Below, piece after piece: positions 37,728-47,566 of a stretch of 64,000 bases of DNA (the first letter of the stretch is position 1; each line of letters begins with the position of its first letter). Both the position numbers and the translations under genes were made by a program. The DNA is from Ignavibacteriota bacterium (GTDB lineage: Bacteria > Bacteroidota > Ignavibacteria > Palsa-1295), in the NCBI GenBank assembly GCA_963787835.1, contig CAWBEI010000002.1, positions 1,216,001-1,280,000 on the forward strand. The letters run 5' to 3'. Below the pieces are notes generated by a model. The model had not been told where the DNA came from and searched no databases. It worked only from the letters and a program-made list of their open reading frames with translations.

Positions 37728-39212
37728 ATGCCTCCAAAATTTCAAAACTATATAGCCGGCGCCTGGTACGACTCCGCCAATGGCCGCATCTTCGAAAATC
37801 GTGATCCTGCAAATTGGAACGAAGTACTTGGCACGTTTCCATTTTCGACAAAAGAGGATGTGGATCGAGCTGCCAAAGCAGCCCTCGAAGCATTTCGCAA
37901 GTGGCGGCTTGTGCCCGCACCGGAACGTGGCGATATTCTGCGCCGAGCTGGTGACATTATGCTCCGCCGCAAGAATGAGATCGCGGAGATCATGACGCGT
38001 GAGATGGGTAAGCCGCTCACAGAAACGAAAGGAGATGTGCAAGAAGGGATCGATACAGCATTCTATTGTGCAAGCGAAGGCCGGCGTTTTTTCGGCATTA
38101 ACACTCCCAGCGAACTTCGGAATAAACTGAATCTTTCGTTTCGTGTTCCGATCGGGGTGTGTGGCCTTATTACTCCGTGGAACTTCCCAATGGCGATACC
38201 AACGTGGAATATCTTCCCTGGCCTCGTCGCTGGCAATACATTCGTTTTCAAACCTGCCGAAGATACTCCATGGATAGCAAATATTCTCGTTGAAATTCTG
38301 ATCGAAGCAGGATTACCGAAAGGATGTTTGAATCTTGTCCATGGCGCGGGTGATGTTGTGGGTGCGGGGATTATAGACCATCCTATCGTTCGCGCTGTGA
38401 GTTTTACGGGCTCGAACGCGACGGGTGCGATCGTTGCGCAATCGTGCGGCTTGCAAACAAAGCATGTGTGCCTCGAAATGGGTGGCAAGAACGCCCAGAT
38501 CGTGATGGACGATGCGAACCTCGATCTTGCGGTCGAGGGCGCTCTTTGGGGCGCGTTCGGCACCACCGGCCAGCGTTGTACGGCAACTTCGCGGCTTATT
38601 CTTCACGAAAAAATTCATGATGTAATGGTAGAGCGGCTTGTAAAGCAAGCGTCGAAACTCCGATTAGGAAATGGATTGGATGCCACAACCGATGTTGGCC
38701 CCATCATCAATGAAAAGCAACGAAAGAATATCGAGCGATATGTGAAGATCGGAAAAGAAGAGGGCGCGAAGTGTACCCTCGGAGGTGAAATTCCCAAAGA
38801 CGAGAAATTTAACAATGGATGGTTCTTTCAACCGACTATCTTTACGGAAGTAACGCCAGAGATGCGTATTGCAAAGGAAGAAATATTCGGGCCAGTGCTT
38901 TCCGTATTAAAATGCTCATCGCTTGAAGAAGCAATTGAGATCAATAATTCGGTGATCTACGGGCTTTCATCAAGCATTTACACGCAGGATATTAACCATG
39001 CCATGCTTGCTGTGCAAGACATCGAAGCAGGCATTACCTATATCAATGCTGCGACGATCGGCGCTGAAGCGCACATGCCGTTCGGGGGAGTGAAAGCCAC
39101 TGGCAATGGGCATCGCGAGGGTGGATGGGCCGTATTCGATTTTTACACCGAATGGAAATCGGTCTATATCGACTATAGCGGCAAGCTCCAACGCGCGCAA
39201 ATTGATGTTTGA
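37728..39212 (+). CDS. Aldehyde dehydrogenase
   Basis: ITPWNFP, FTGS, LEMGGKN, GQRCTA, EEIFGPV, PFGGVK. Confidence 0.95.
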   Translation: MPPKFQNYIAGAWYDSANGRIFENRDPANWNEVLGTFPFSTKEDVDRAAKAALEAFRKWRLVPAPERGDILRRAGDIMLRRKNEIAEIMTREMGKPLTETKGDVQEGIDTAFYCASEGRRFFGINTPSELRNKLNLSFRVPIGVCGLITPWNFPMAIPTWNIFPGLVAGNTFVFKPAEDTPWIANILVEILIEAGLPKGCLNLVHGAGDVVGAGIIDHPIVRAVSFTGSNATGAIVAQSCGLQTKHVCLEMGGKNAQIVMDDANLDLAVEGALWGAFGTTGQRCTATSRLILHEKIHDVMVERLVKQASKLRLGNGLDATTDVGPIINEKQRKNIERYVKIGKEEGAKCTLGGEIPKDEKFNNGWFFQPTIFTEVTPEMRIAKEEIFGPVLSVLKCSSLEEAIEINNSVIYGLSSSIYTQDINHAMLAVQDIEAGITYINAATIGAEAHMPFGGVKATGNGHREGGWAVFDFYTEWKSVYIDYSGKLQRAQIDV

Positions 39213-39214
39213 GC

Positions 39215-39369
39215 GAACGCGGATTACGCGTATGATGCGGATTTTCAGGATGAACTGTCAATCTAATAACATTTGTTGAAGGCTTACGTTATACAGGCGC
39301 GGTGGGTTTGTTCAAGATAATCCCAATAATCAATCCGCGTAATCCGCATCATCCGCGTAATCCAGGTTC
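39215..39369. repeat. Inverted pair of nonamer repeats
   Basis: 39215-39243 and 39341-39369 are 26/29 complementary. Confidence 0.8.
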
Positions 39370-39373
39370 TCCC

Positions 39374-40531
39374 ATGAATTTTCAATACTCCGAAGACCAC
39401 ATTGCCATCCGAGACGCTGCCCGAGAATTTGCTGAAAATGAAATTGCTTCTTCTGCCGTCGAGCGTGATAAGACCGGCGAATTTCCAACTGAGATCGTCC
39501 AAAAGTTAGGAGAGCTTGGCTTTCTGGGTATGATGGTCTCACCTGAGTGGGGCGGTGCCGGGCTTGATGCTGTGAGCTACGTGCTTGCGCTTGAAGAGAT
39601 CGCGAAAATAGATGCGAGTGTTGCCGTTATTATGTCGGTCAATAATTCGCTCGTCTGCTGGGTGATTGATACCTTCGGCACGGGCGATCAGAAGGAACGA
39701 TTCCTGCGTCCGCTTGCAACAGGCCAGAAACTTGGTGCTTATTGCCTTAGCGAACCTGGAATTGGTTCCGATGCAACCCAGCAGGCAACGACCGCTCAAT
39801 TGCAAGCCGATGGAAGTTATCTTCTTAATGGTGCGAAGAACTGGATCACCAACGGGACTACCGCAGATCACTACATTGTGTTTGCGCAGAGCGATGCATC
39901 CAAAGGCCATCGCGGAATTACGTGTTTCCTGATCGATAAAGGAATGCCGGGGTTTGAGCAGGGGCTTAAAGAGGATAAGCTTGGTATCCGATCCAGCGAT
40001 ACGTGTTCACTTGGATTTACTGACGTGAGAGTGTCGGCAGACCGTGTCATTGGTGAAGATGGCCAGGGCTTCAAGATCGCGATGGAAACGCTGAATGGCG
40101 GCCGCATCGGAATAGCTGCACAGGCGTTAGGTATCGCAAGCGGTGCGATGGATAAAGCAATTCGATACACGTTCGAACGTCATGCCTTTGGTAAGCCGAT
40201 CAATCAATTGCAGGCGATCCAGTTCAAACTTGCCGATATGCAGGTGAAAGTCGAGGCTGCCCGTATGCTCATACTTCGTGCCGCTCGAACCAAGGATGCC
40301 GGCGAGAACTATATTAAAGAGGCGGCGATGGCAAAACTCTATGCATCAACCATTGCGATGGAAGTAGCGAATCAAGCCATTCAGGTGCATGGTGGCTATG
40401 GCTACGTCCGCGAGTATTTGATGGAGCGAGCACTGCGCGATGCGAAGATCACCGAGATCTACGAAGGCACCAGCGAGATCCAGCATATCGTGATCGCACG
40501 GCAACTATTGAAAGAATACGAGAATAATTAA
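39374..40531 (+). CDS. Acyl-CoA dehydrogenase
   Basis: YCLSEPGIGSD, KNWITNG, GRIGIAAQ, HGGYGY, IYEGTSEIQ. Confidence 0.95.
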   Translation: MNFQYSEDHIAIRDAAREFAENEIASSAVERDKTGEFPTEIVQKLGELGFLGMMVSPEWGGAGLDAVSYVLALEEIAKIDASVAVIMSVNNSLVCWVIDTFGTGDQKERFLRPLATGQKLGAYCLSEPGIGSDATQQATTAQLQADGSYLLNGAKNWITNGTTADHYIVFAQSDASKGHRGITCFLIDKGMPGFEQGLKEDKLGIRSSDTCSLGFTDVRVSADRVIGEDGQGFKIAMETLNGGRIGIAAQALGIASGAMDKAIRYTFERHAFGKPINQLQAIQFKLADMQVKVEAARMLILRAARTKDAGENYIKEAAMAKLYASTIAMEVANQAIQVHGGYGYVREYLMERALRDAKITEIYEGTSEIQHIVIARQLLKEYENN

Positions 40532-40553
40532 GAAGTAAAAATCTCTTTTTTAT

Positions 40554-41022
40554 TGTCATCCTGAGCGGAGTTTGCCCCGACGTAGGAGGGGCAAACGTAG
40601 TCGAAGGATCTCTTGCGTCTACGATACTTTCAAAGATTTCTTATTCAGGTCAGGATTTATTTAATGTGAAAACATTTTTTGTTTACATTGTCGCCAGCCG
40701 GTCACTCGTTCTCTATATTGGAGTAACGAATGATATCCAACGTCGAATGTTCGAGCATAAAAATAAGATCGTTTCAGGTTTTACGGATAAATATGACGTG
40801 AACCGGCTTCTATATTATGAAACTTTCACGGATATTCGTCAAGCTATTCATCGGGAAAAACAATTAAAAGGCTGGACACGGTCGAAGAAGCTTGCACTAA
40901 TCACAACCACGAATGCCGATTCGAAGGAGATTGTATTTGGATGAAATTCTTGCTGTATTACAAGAGATCCTTCGACTCCGCAATGGTTCGCTCCACGAAC
41001 CGTTGCTCCGCTCAGGATGACA
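40554..41022 (+). mobile_element. GIY-YIG gene flanked by ~62-bp inverted repeats (family A)
   Basis: IR 40554-40615 and 40961-41022; complementary backbones with different internal hairpins; mobility is inferred. Confidence 0.7.
40666..40944 (+). CDS. Stand-alone GIY-YIG nuclease (92 aa)
   Basis: FVYI..LYIGVTNDIQRRMFEH..REKQLKGW; 55/92 identical to 5603-5881 by manual alignment. Confidence 0.9.
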   Translation: MKTFFVYIVASRSLVLYIGVTNDIQRRMFEHKNKIVSGFTDKYDVNRLLYYETFTDIRQAIHREKQLKGWTRSKKLALITTTNADSKEIVFG

Positions 41023-41024
41023 TT

Positions 41025-41567
41025 TTGAGAATTTCTCTTTTCTGTATCTCATTCCTTATTCTTTATTCTTCATTCTTAATTATTAATTGTAACGCTCAAA
41101 CTGCCGGCAAATACGAATTCTACCGTTATCTTCAGCAGTATGCAATTGAGATCGACCCGCTGGGTGACATTCTCGGACGCATGAGTGCACAATACGAACA
41201 GCGTCTCGACCCTAATTTTTCTCGCGCGTATGAAGTAGTCTATCAACGGAGTTTAGAGGACAAACATATCTCGGGATGGTATCCGGAATCCGGAGTTACC
41301 ATTGGGGCGATCGAGCGGATATTTCTTGTTGATAATGCTGCCTTGCTTGGGCAATATGTTGGATTGGGAGCAGGAGTCGGCCTCGTTAACAAGACGATCT
41401 CCGTACGCGCGACCGCCGAGCTTGGATATAAGATCGCCTTCGGCGGCGGAACCGGACATTACTTCATTGAACCGCGGGTCATTCTCGATTCCTATCTCAT
41501 TACGAACCGGGTCGGCCAGCGTATTCTTCCATATATTTCACTGCCTTTCGGGTACTCCTGGTGGTAG
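41025..41567 (+). CDS. Hypothetical outer-membrane beta-strand protein
   Basis: Probable TTG start after the IR; signal peptide; aromatic C-terminus GYSWW. Confidence 0.6.
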   Translation: MRISLFCISFLILYSSFLIINCNAQTAGKYEFYRYLQQYAIEIDPLGDILGRMSAQYEQRLDPNFSRAYEVVYQRSLEDKHISGWYPESGVTIGAIERIFLVDNAALLGQYVGLGAGVGLVNKTISVRATAELGYKIAFGGGTGHYFIEPRVILDSYLITNRVGQRILPYISLPFGYSWW

Positions 41568-41677
41568 AAATTCGCTTGCTTCATCAAACTTTGCCGTATA
41601 TTTGAAGAACTACGTTCGCGTGAGTTTCTTACCGACGCAGTGTTTTTTCCCAAAAACTTAGGAGAACAATCAAAATT

Positions 41678-42223
41678 ATGAAATTCGGATCTGTAACATT
41701 TTTCGCTTTGGTCTTGCTATTCGTTGTATCATTCTCTTCAAGCAAATCGTATGCTCAGGCTCGTCCCAGCCCGGCAACGCAGGTCGTTTCGGTGGACATA
41801 GTGCCGCTTGTTTATAATGGTTCGATCATGTTTCAATATGAGTACAAGACGGACCCTGTAACAAGCTGGATGCTCCGTCTCCATTATTGGCCTACGGTTG
41901 CGCAGACGGCGAATTGGAGCGCCTTTGGGGTTGGTGCAGCGTACCGGATCTATATTGCGGACAGCCGTGCGCTTACTGGCCTTGCAGTCGCGCCGGCTGC
42001 CGACCTTTTCTTTTTTAACCAATCCCAACAAACTGGCGGCAGCGGCAGCCGGTCGGCGATCGCGTTCGATCTTGGCGTCGATCTTTCCTATAAATGGATC
42101 TTCGATCAATTCGCTGTCGAACCGATCCTTGGGCTTCGTTATGGGATCGGGCCACAGAGTACTCCCGGCTATTTTACGACGATAGAGCCTGTTTTTGGGG
42201 CATCCCTCGGGTACGCATGGTAA
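41678..42223 (+). CDS. Hypothetical outer-membrane beta-barrel protein
   Basis: AGGAG RBS, signal peptide, amphipathic strands, terminal LGYAW. Confidence 0.75.
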   Translation: MKFGSVTFFALVLLFVVSFSSSKSYAQARPSPATQVVSVDIVPLVYNGSIMFQYEYKTDPVTSWMLRLHYWPTVAQTANWSAFGVGAAYRIYIADSRALTGLAVAPAADLFFFNQSQQTGGSGSRSAIAFDLGVDLSYKWIFDQFAVEPILGLRYGIGPQSTPGYFTTIEPVFGASLGYAW

Positions 42224-42292
42224 TATTAACGCGACATGATACGTTCGTGTAATGAACCGATACATTCGGGAACGTAATTTTTCCATGGTACG

Positions 42293-43003
42293 ATGAAGCG
42301 ATCTCTCTTTCTGGTAATTCTGCTATTGGCTGGAGCGGAAGCGTTCGCGCAGCCAGGGACAGGTGTGCCGCCACGCAGGGTTCCGACCGTAGGGGATTCT
42401 CTGACCGTGATGCCATACCTGACGGGCAGCTTGAATCTCTTTTCCGGGAAAGCATTCCTGGCGAACGCAACGGGACCCGGATTCGGAGCTGGGCTAACCT
42501 TCGATTTCACGAAGGAGGGTCAGAAGGTTGGATTCATGTGCGATTTTGCGTTTCAGGATATGTACGGAGTGGCTCCGAACGGGAATTTTGTCCTCATCCC
42601 AAGTGACAGCATTCTCGTATCCGCTGATGCATATCACTATTGGTACTATCTTCTGTTCGAACCGTTTCTTAAGATACAGACCAGCGGTAAGCAAAAGGGT
42701 TATTTTATCATCGGAGCAAGTATGGGACTCGCCGTGCTTTCCGAGACGGTCAGTATCGGGCAAGGGCAAACGCAATTTACCGCGTGGGATGGAACACCAT
42801 TCGGAAATCGATTTCGCTTCGATATTCGTGCTGGACTCGGTGTTGAACTTGCCAAGATTGGAGGCCACGAGTTAGTGTTCGAAGCTCGAGCAGGTTATCC
42901 GCTCACCAACGAGATTTCCAATTATTCAAACATTTACGGTGGGAACGGCCCTGGCAATTGGAAGATCATTACCATTCAGGGAAATTTAGGACTCAGACTT
43001 TAA
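42293..43003 (+). CDS. Hypothetical outer-membrane beta-barrel protein
   Basis: Signal peptide ending AFA; amphipathic strands; terminal LGLRL. Confidence 0.7.
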   Translation: MKRSLFLVILLLAGAEAFAQPGTGVPPRRVPTVGDSLTVMPYLTGSLNLFSGKAFLANATGPGFGAGLTFDFTKEGQKVGFMCDFAFQDMYGVAPNGNFVLIPSDSILVSADAYHYWYYLLFEPFLKIQTSGKQKGYFIIGASMGLAVLSETVSIGQGQTQFTAWDGTPFGNRFRFDIRAGLGVELAKIGGHELVFEARAGYPLTNEISNYSNIYGGNGPGNWKIITIQGNLGLRL

Positions 43004-43021
43004 TTTTTTGAACTTGACATT

Positions 43022-43711
43022 ATGAAAAAAGGAACACTTATTATTGGAGGCATCGTACTTTTCCTCCTCATTATTTTCATGTGGTGGCGCACCACATACA
43101 ACGGCTTCGTCACCATGGACGAGGGCGTGAAGGCGCAGCTCGGGCAATTGAACAACGTCTATCAGCAGCGCGCTGACCTCATTCCAAATCTCGTCGAGAC
43201 CGTAAAAGGCTCGGCCATTAACGAACGCCAAACGCTGACCGATGTTATCGACGCACGGAGTAAAGCTACTGGCATCAATCTCACTCCGGAGGCTTTGAAA
43301 GATCCCAACGCCTTGCAGAACTTTCAGAAAGTGCAGGGTGATCTTTCGAGTGCTATTTCGAGGCTTATGGTCGTAGTAGAGAAATATCCGGAGCTCAAAA
43401 GTCAGGCAAATTTTACCGTGCTGATGTCTCAGCTCGAAGGACAGGAAAACCGCATTCGCTTGGAACGAAATAGGTACAACGATCAGGTGAAGGATTTCAA
43501 CGCGCGCATTCGCTCATTCCCAGCCAGCATGATCGCAAGCATGTCAGGATTTACTGCATATCCATACTTCGAAGCCGCCGCCGGAGCTGAGAACGCACCG
43601 AAAGTTAACTTCGGAACTCCCGATGGCGCTCCAAGTTCAGGATCAGCACCTGAGAGTGCACCTCCAACTCCGGCAACAGAGCCGCATGGCCCCGTGAGGC
43701 CGACGCGATGA
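43022..43711 (+). CDS. lemA: LemA family protein
   Basis: YQQRADLIPNLVETVKG, VEKYPELK, LEGQENRI. Confidence 0.93.
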   Translation: MKKGTLIIGGIVLFLLIIFMWWRTTYNGFVTMDEGVKAQLGQLNNVYQQRADLIPNLVETVKGSAINERQTLTDVIDARSKATGINLTPEALKDPNALQNFQKVQGDLSSAISRLMVVVEKYPELKSQANFTVLMSQLEGQENRIRLERNRYNDQVKDFNARIRSFPASMIASMSGFTAYPYFEAAAGAENAPKVNFGTPDGAPSSGSAPESAPPTPATEPHGPVRPTR

Positions 43712-44622
43712 GAAAATTCTTCGACTTCGTAGCCGTGACCTTTAGGTCACCGTGTGACTTTTCGCTCCGCGACCGTGACCTGAAGGTCACGGCTACGTTG
43801 GTAGTGATATGTTTGCTTTCACTGTCTTCGAATCTTCCTGCACAATCTCCAACCTCTCTCGCGATCCCCATGCTTCACGCAGGTTACGTGCTCGATGAAA
43901 CGAACACGCTGAACCCGAACGAGGTCGCCGCGCTCGATGCCAAACTCCGCCATTACGAAGATTCCACCTCCACGCAAATTTGCATTGTGCTCATCCCTTC
44001 CTTAAATGGAAATCCAGTGGAGGATTTCGCCGTCACCGTGCTCGACAGCAATCATATTGGGCAAAAGAATAAGAATAATGGCGCGCTGATCCTGCTTGCT
44101 TTGCAAGACCATCAAGGGTGGATCTCAACGGGCTACGGACTCGAACCCACGCTCACCGATGCTGCGACGAGCATGATCTATCAGCAAATCCTGGTTCCCG
44201 CGCTGCGCAAGGGCGATGTCTATGGCGGACTCGATCAGGCAACGACTGCGATGTTCCAGGTCATCGGCGGGGAATTTAAGAACGAGAACCCGCAAAGTCC
44301 GTTTCGCGGTAGGCGCGGTGCGCCATCGCCAGCGGGTGCGCTTATTATCGTCTTTGGATTTTTTATTTTTCTCTTTATCATGCGCGCGCTGGCGGGAACC
44401 GGCTCGAAGCGCACGGTCGTTGGCGCGGGCGGAGCAGGTTCCGGATGTATGGGAGGGATCTTGCAGGGATTGTTTTGGTCCTCGATCTTCAACTCAGGCC
44501 GCGGCGGTTGGGGTGGTGGTGGTTTTGGCGGAGGAGGATTTGGCGGAGGCGGCTTCGGCGGGGGTGGTTTCTCCGGCGGCGGCGGCATGGGCGGCGGAGG
44601 TGGTGCAGGCGGTGGGTGGTAA
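43708..44622 (+). CDS. TPM domain protein with Gly-rich tail
   Basis: STQICIV, NGALIL, TGYGLE..LTD, GGGG tail; typical lemA partner. Confidence 0.9.
   Translation: MRKFFDFVAVTFRSPCDFSLRDRDLKVTATLVVICLLSLSSNLPAQSPTSLAIPMLHAGYVLDETNTLNPNEVAALDAKLRHYEDSTSTQICIVLIPSLNGNPVEDFAVTVLDSNHIGQKNKNNGALILLALQDHQGWISTGYGLEPTLTDAATSMIYQQILVPALRKGDVYGGLDQATTAMFQVIGGEFKNENPQSPFRGRRGAPSPAGALIIVFGFFIFLFIMRALAGTGSKRTVVGAGGAGSGCMGGILQGLFWSSIFNSGRGGWGGGGFGGGGFGGGGFGGGGFSGGGGMGGGGGAGGGW
43728..43797. repeat. GTAG-type REP dimer inside the TPM gene 5' region
   Basis: CGTAGCCGTGACCTTTAGGTCAC ... GTGACCTGAAGGTCACGGCTACG. Confidence 0.8.
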
Positions 44623-44678
44623 AATAAAAAAGGACATGCTAAGGGCGTATCCTTCAATAAAAATCAGCACTTAGAAGG

Positions 44679-47420
44679 TTACCGTTCGATCGAAACTAGT
44701 CGAGAAACGGATTGTCCATTTTCGCTCAGTTTACATAGATAAGCGCCGCTTGGAACATTGTTCGAATTCCATTCTGTGGTATAGGTTCCAGCTTCTAATT
44801 CTTCCGAAAGAATCGAAGCTATTAGGACCCCTTTCTCATCGTATATGGCAAGGGAAACTTCGCCGGAATTCGGGACATTGAATTGGAAATGTGTGGACGA
44901 GTTATACGGATTAGGATAGTTCGGTTCAAGCGTTAGCTGTGTCGATGGTAACGGCGTAGTTTTCACAGCACTGTTCGCTGAATTAAAGGTTGCTGTGAAC
45001 GCACCGCTTCCACACGACCCAACAGCAACGTAACCATCCGATGGTCTGACATCAAGAGCATTAATAATATCATTGCCGATCGTGGAAGCCCCTTCAAGCG
45101 ACCAGACCGTTGACATTCCATTCAGCTTGTTCGTAGAATACACGCCCGTTGAAGTCCCGACTAAAAAAATAGTGCCATCCGTTAGCGGCAAGATCGCTAC
45201 GGACCTGCACGATGGCCCGTTGCCGGAGCCATTTGAATACTCTTCAAGATTCCCGCCTACTGGTTCCCAGTTCGCTCCGCCGTTCGTGGTCAGGAACAGA
45301 CTTTGAACCTCGAAATTTGCAAACGCTACCAAAACACTATCTGCATTATTTGGATTGATTGCAATGGAGCTTATAAATGCCTTTGAAGGAAAACCTTTGC
45401 CCGACCAAATTGCCACAGGCTTCTTGCTTCCCGACTCCGCGCTATCGAGTCTAAAAAGCATACCATCATTTGTACCATAATAGACGATGTTCGGAGGGTT
45501 TGTTGAAACACCGATAGCACTTATTCCGCTGTAAATCCCATAGGGGCTATTTGCGGGAAGTCTTGTAGCTGAAAGACTATCCCAGTTAATGCTTGTAGTG
45601 CTGGTGTCATAAACGGGAAACATACTGAGGTCGTTATTCCGCCAGAGAATGTGACCACCCCCGAAATACATCATGTCGGAGTTGTTCGGATCGAGCACAA
45701 ATGGATTCTGCCATAAATATCCGGTTCCACCGGTGGGATCGATCCGAGTCCAATTACTGCCGTCCGAGGCTTCTGCATACGTAACAGCTAACTGCGCGGA
45801 AGCATAGATGAGACCTGCATCGCCGGCAATCGCACATGCCTGGCCATCGCCACCGTACATAAAGTCCCATGGCTGGGTCTCATCATCGATATCCGTCGAG
45901 TAGCTGCCATTATCTTGAGAGCCTCCAAGCAACGTGACACTACCGGGTGTGTAGTGATCGAGTCCGATCGTGTAAAATTGCATCGTGAGATAATTATTGT
46001 CGAGCGAAGTCCAGGACACCTGTCTGGCTCGATTGTCGGCTGTGTAATAGAGGCCTCCATCACATCCAATGATCATCGAAGAAGGGTTCGAGGGATAAAA
46101 TGCAATGGCTTGTTGATCCACATGCACGTCGGGAAAGCCGTTATAAATATTGAGGTTGGTAATATTGGTTGTCGTCGCAAACCCATCAGTAGAACGCCAA
46201 AGATAGACACTGCCCAAATAAACGATGTTCTCATTATCTGGCTGAACGTGAACATCCCCATCATAAGGAACTTCTATCCCGGCTGCTGTGAGGATGGCTG
46301 TGCGATCAGCCCAGATGCCACCCGTATCCGTTCCATCCCCGGATTCGTAGGTGTATTTCCAAAAGCTGAAATTTCCGGAAAGATCCGTGGCAGAAAAATA
46401 TACAACGTTACCGTTCGAGGGAGCAACGGCGAGATAGATGTAGAAGGTTTGTCGTTCCCAATTAGCAGGTGTAATATTGGTCCAATGAATGCCGTCGGTT
46501 GATCGATAGGCGCCATAGATTGGGGCCAACCCTGTGTTTAGAGCTGTGTTCTCGGAGAGCACTGCATATACCACTCCGTTTGAAGTAACCGCAACACCTG
46601 TTTCACCTGACCCATTAGAAATATTGCCAAGGGTCATCGTCCATGTTTGTCCGCCGTCAGATGATCGCTCGATCCCACCGATTGTCGCTGCATAAACGAC
46701 ATCTTCTGAAGCATTGGAGGAATCTGTTGTGATCTGACATACCCAGTTAAAAGGGTTGGTCAATGTGACACTATCGGTTGAAACCGTTGAGAATAAAATA
46801 TTCCAGGTGACACCATCATCGGTGGATTTGAACATGCCATTTCCAATAAACTGACCACCACCTACCGGTTCGCCTATGCTGCAATCGACGGGTTCACCGG
46901 TAGAGCAATACCAGGTATTCGTTTTTCCGTTACGTGTGTCTTGTGTGAGAGCAGAGATATTATCGATTTGATTTAACGGTGTTGTTCTCACCCATGATGA
47001 TCCGCCGTCGGTAGAGTGCCACATGCCTCCGGCGACACCGCCGGCATTAATGATGTTTTCATTCGCAACGTCAATGCCTAAGGCATCTGTACGTCCGCCG
47101 ACATTTTCCGGCCCGCGCGGTTCCCAAATAACGGACGGAATAGAAAGAGTACTAAATTTGCCAGGGCTCGATGTGCCGATATCCTCACGTGACGGTAGCC
47201 CGGCTGCGAATTTTAACTCTTTCGCACGCATCCCTTGTGGAATGACGCCGGTAGCAGGATTCGCGAGCCGCATTCGCTCGAAGTGCGCGCGGCCGACAAC
47301 ATCCTCATCCAAACCAAGCGATTTTCCAGAAACCAGCTTACCTTGCTGCGTTAGTTGCGCTAACGAAGTGTGTGAAGTTAAAAGAAGGAAGACAGAAAAA
47401 AAGATAACAAAATATCTCAT
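44679..47420 (-). CDS. Secreted BNR/Asp-box beta-propeller protein with T9SS-type C-terminal domain
   Basis: Repeated S.DGG.[ST]W; NVGGRT; C-terminal NYPNPYN..SGAYL. Confidence 0.85.
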   Translation of the reverse strand: MRYFVIFFSVFLLLTSHTSLAQLTQQGKLVSGKSLGLDEDVVGRAHFERMRLANPATGVIPQGMRAKELKFAAGLPSREDIGTSSPGKFSTLSIPSVIWEPRGPENVGGRTDALGIDVANENIINAGGVAGGMWHSTDGGSSWVRTTPLNQIDNISALTQDTRNGKTNTWYCSTGEPVDCSIGEPVGGGQFIGNGMFKSTDDGVTWNILFSTVSTDSVTLTNPFNWVCQITTDSSNASEDVVYAATIGGIERSSDGGQTWTMTLGNISNGSGETGVAVTSNGVVYAVLSENTALNTGLAPIYGAYRSTDGIHWTNITPANWERQTFYIYLAVAPSNGNVVYFSATDLSGNFSFWKYTYESGDGTDTGGIWADRTAILTAAGIEVPYDGDVHVQPDNENIVYLGSVYLWRSTDGFATTTNITNLNIYNGFPDVHVDQQAIAFYPSNPSSMIIGCDGGLYYTADNRARQVSWTSLDNNYLTMQFYTIGLDHYTPGSVTLLGGSQDNGSYSTDIDDETQPWDFMYGGDGQACAIAGDAGLIYASAQLAVTYAEASDGSNWTRIDPTGGTGYLWQNPFVLDPNNSDMMYFGGGHILWRNNDLSMFPVYDTSTTSINWDSLSATRLPANSPYGIYSGISAIGVSTNPPNIVYYGTNDGMLFRLDSAESGSKKPVAIWSGKGFPSKAFISSIAINPNNADSVLVAFANFEVQSLFLTTNGGANWEPVGGNLEEYSNGSGNGPSCRSVAILPLTDGTIFLVGTSTGVYSTNKLNGMSTVWSLEGASTIGNDIINALDVRPSDGYVAVGSCGSGAFTATFNSANSAVKTTPLPSTQLTLEPNYPNPYNSSTHFQFNVPNSGEVSLAIYDEKGVLIASILSEELEAGTYTTEWNSNNVPSGAYLCKLSENGQSVSRLVSIER

Positions 47421-47508
47421 ATTTCCCGATGTTATTTAAAAAGTGCCATATTGACCCATTTGGGAGCGTTGGGAGGAACATCACTCATCGGAATAGCGGT
47501 TCCAAACC

Positions 47509-47539
47509 AAAAGGGACGCGCCTATCAGCGTGTCCCTTC
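47509..47539 (-). terminator. Probable terminator after kamA
   Basis: AAAAGGGACGCG-cctatca-GCGTGTCCCTT hairpin. Confidence 0.55.
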
Positions 47540-47566
47540 AAATAAATCAGCGAGATCAGAAAGCGA

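Noticed and set aside
44500-44620. G-rich GGC/GGT tract
   Set aside because: Ordinary Gly-rich tail of TPM-domain proteins
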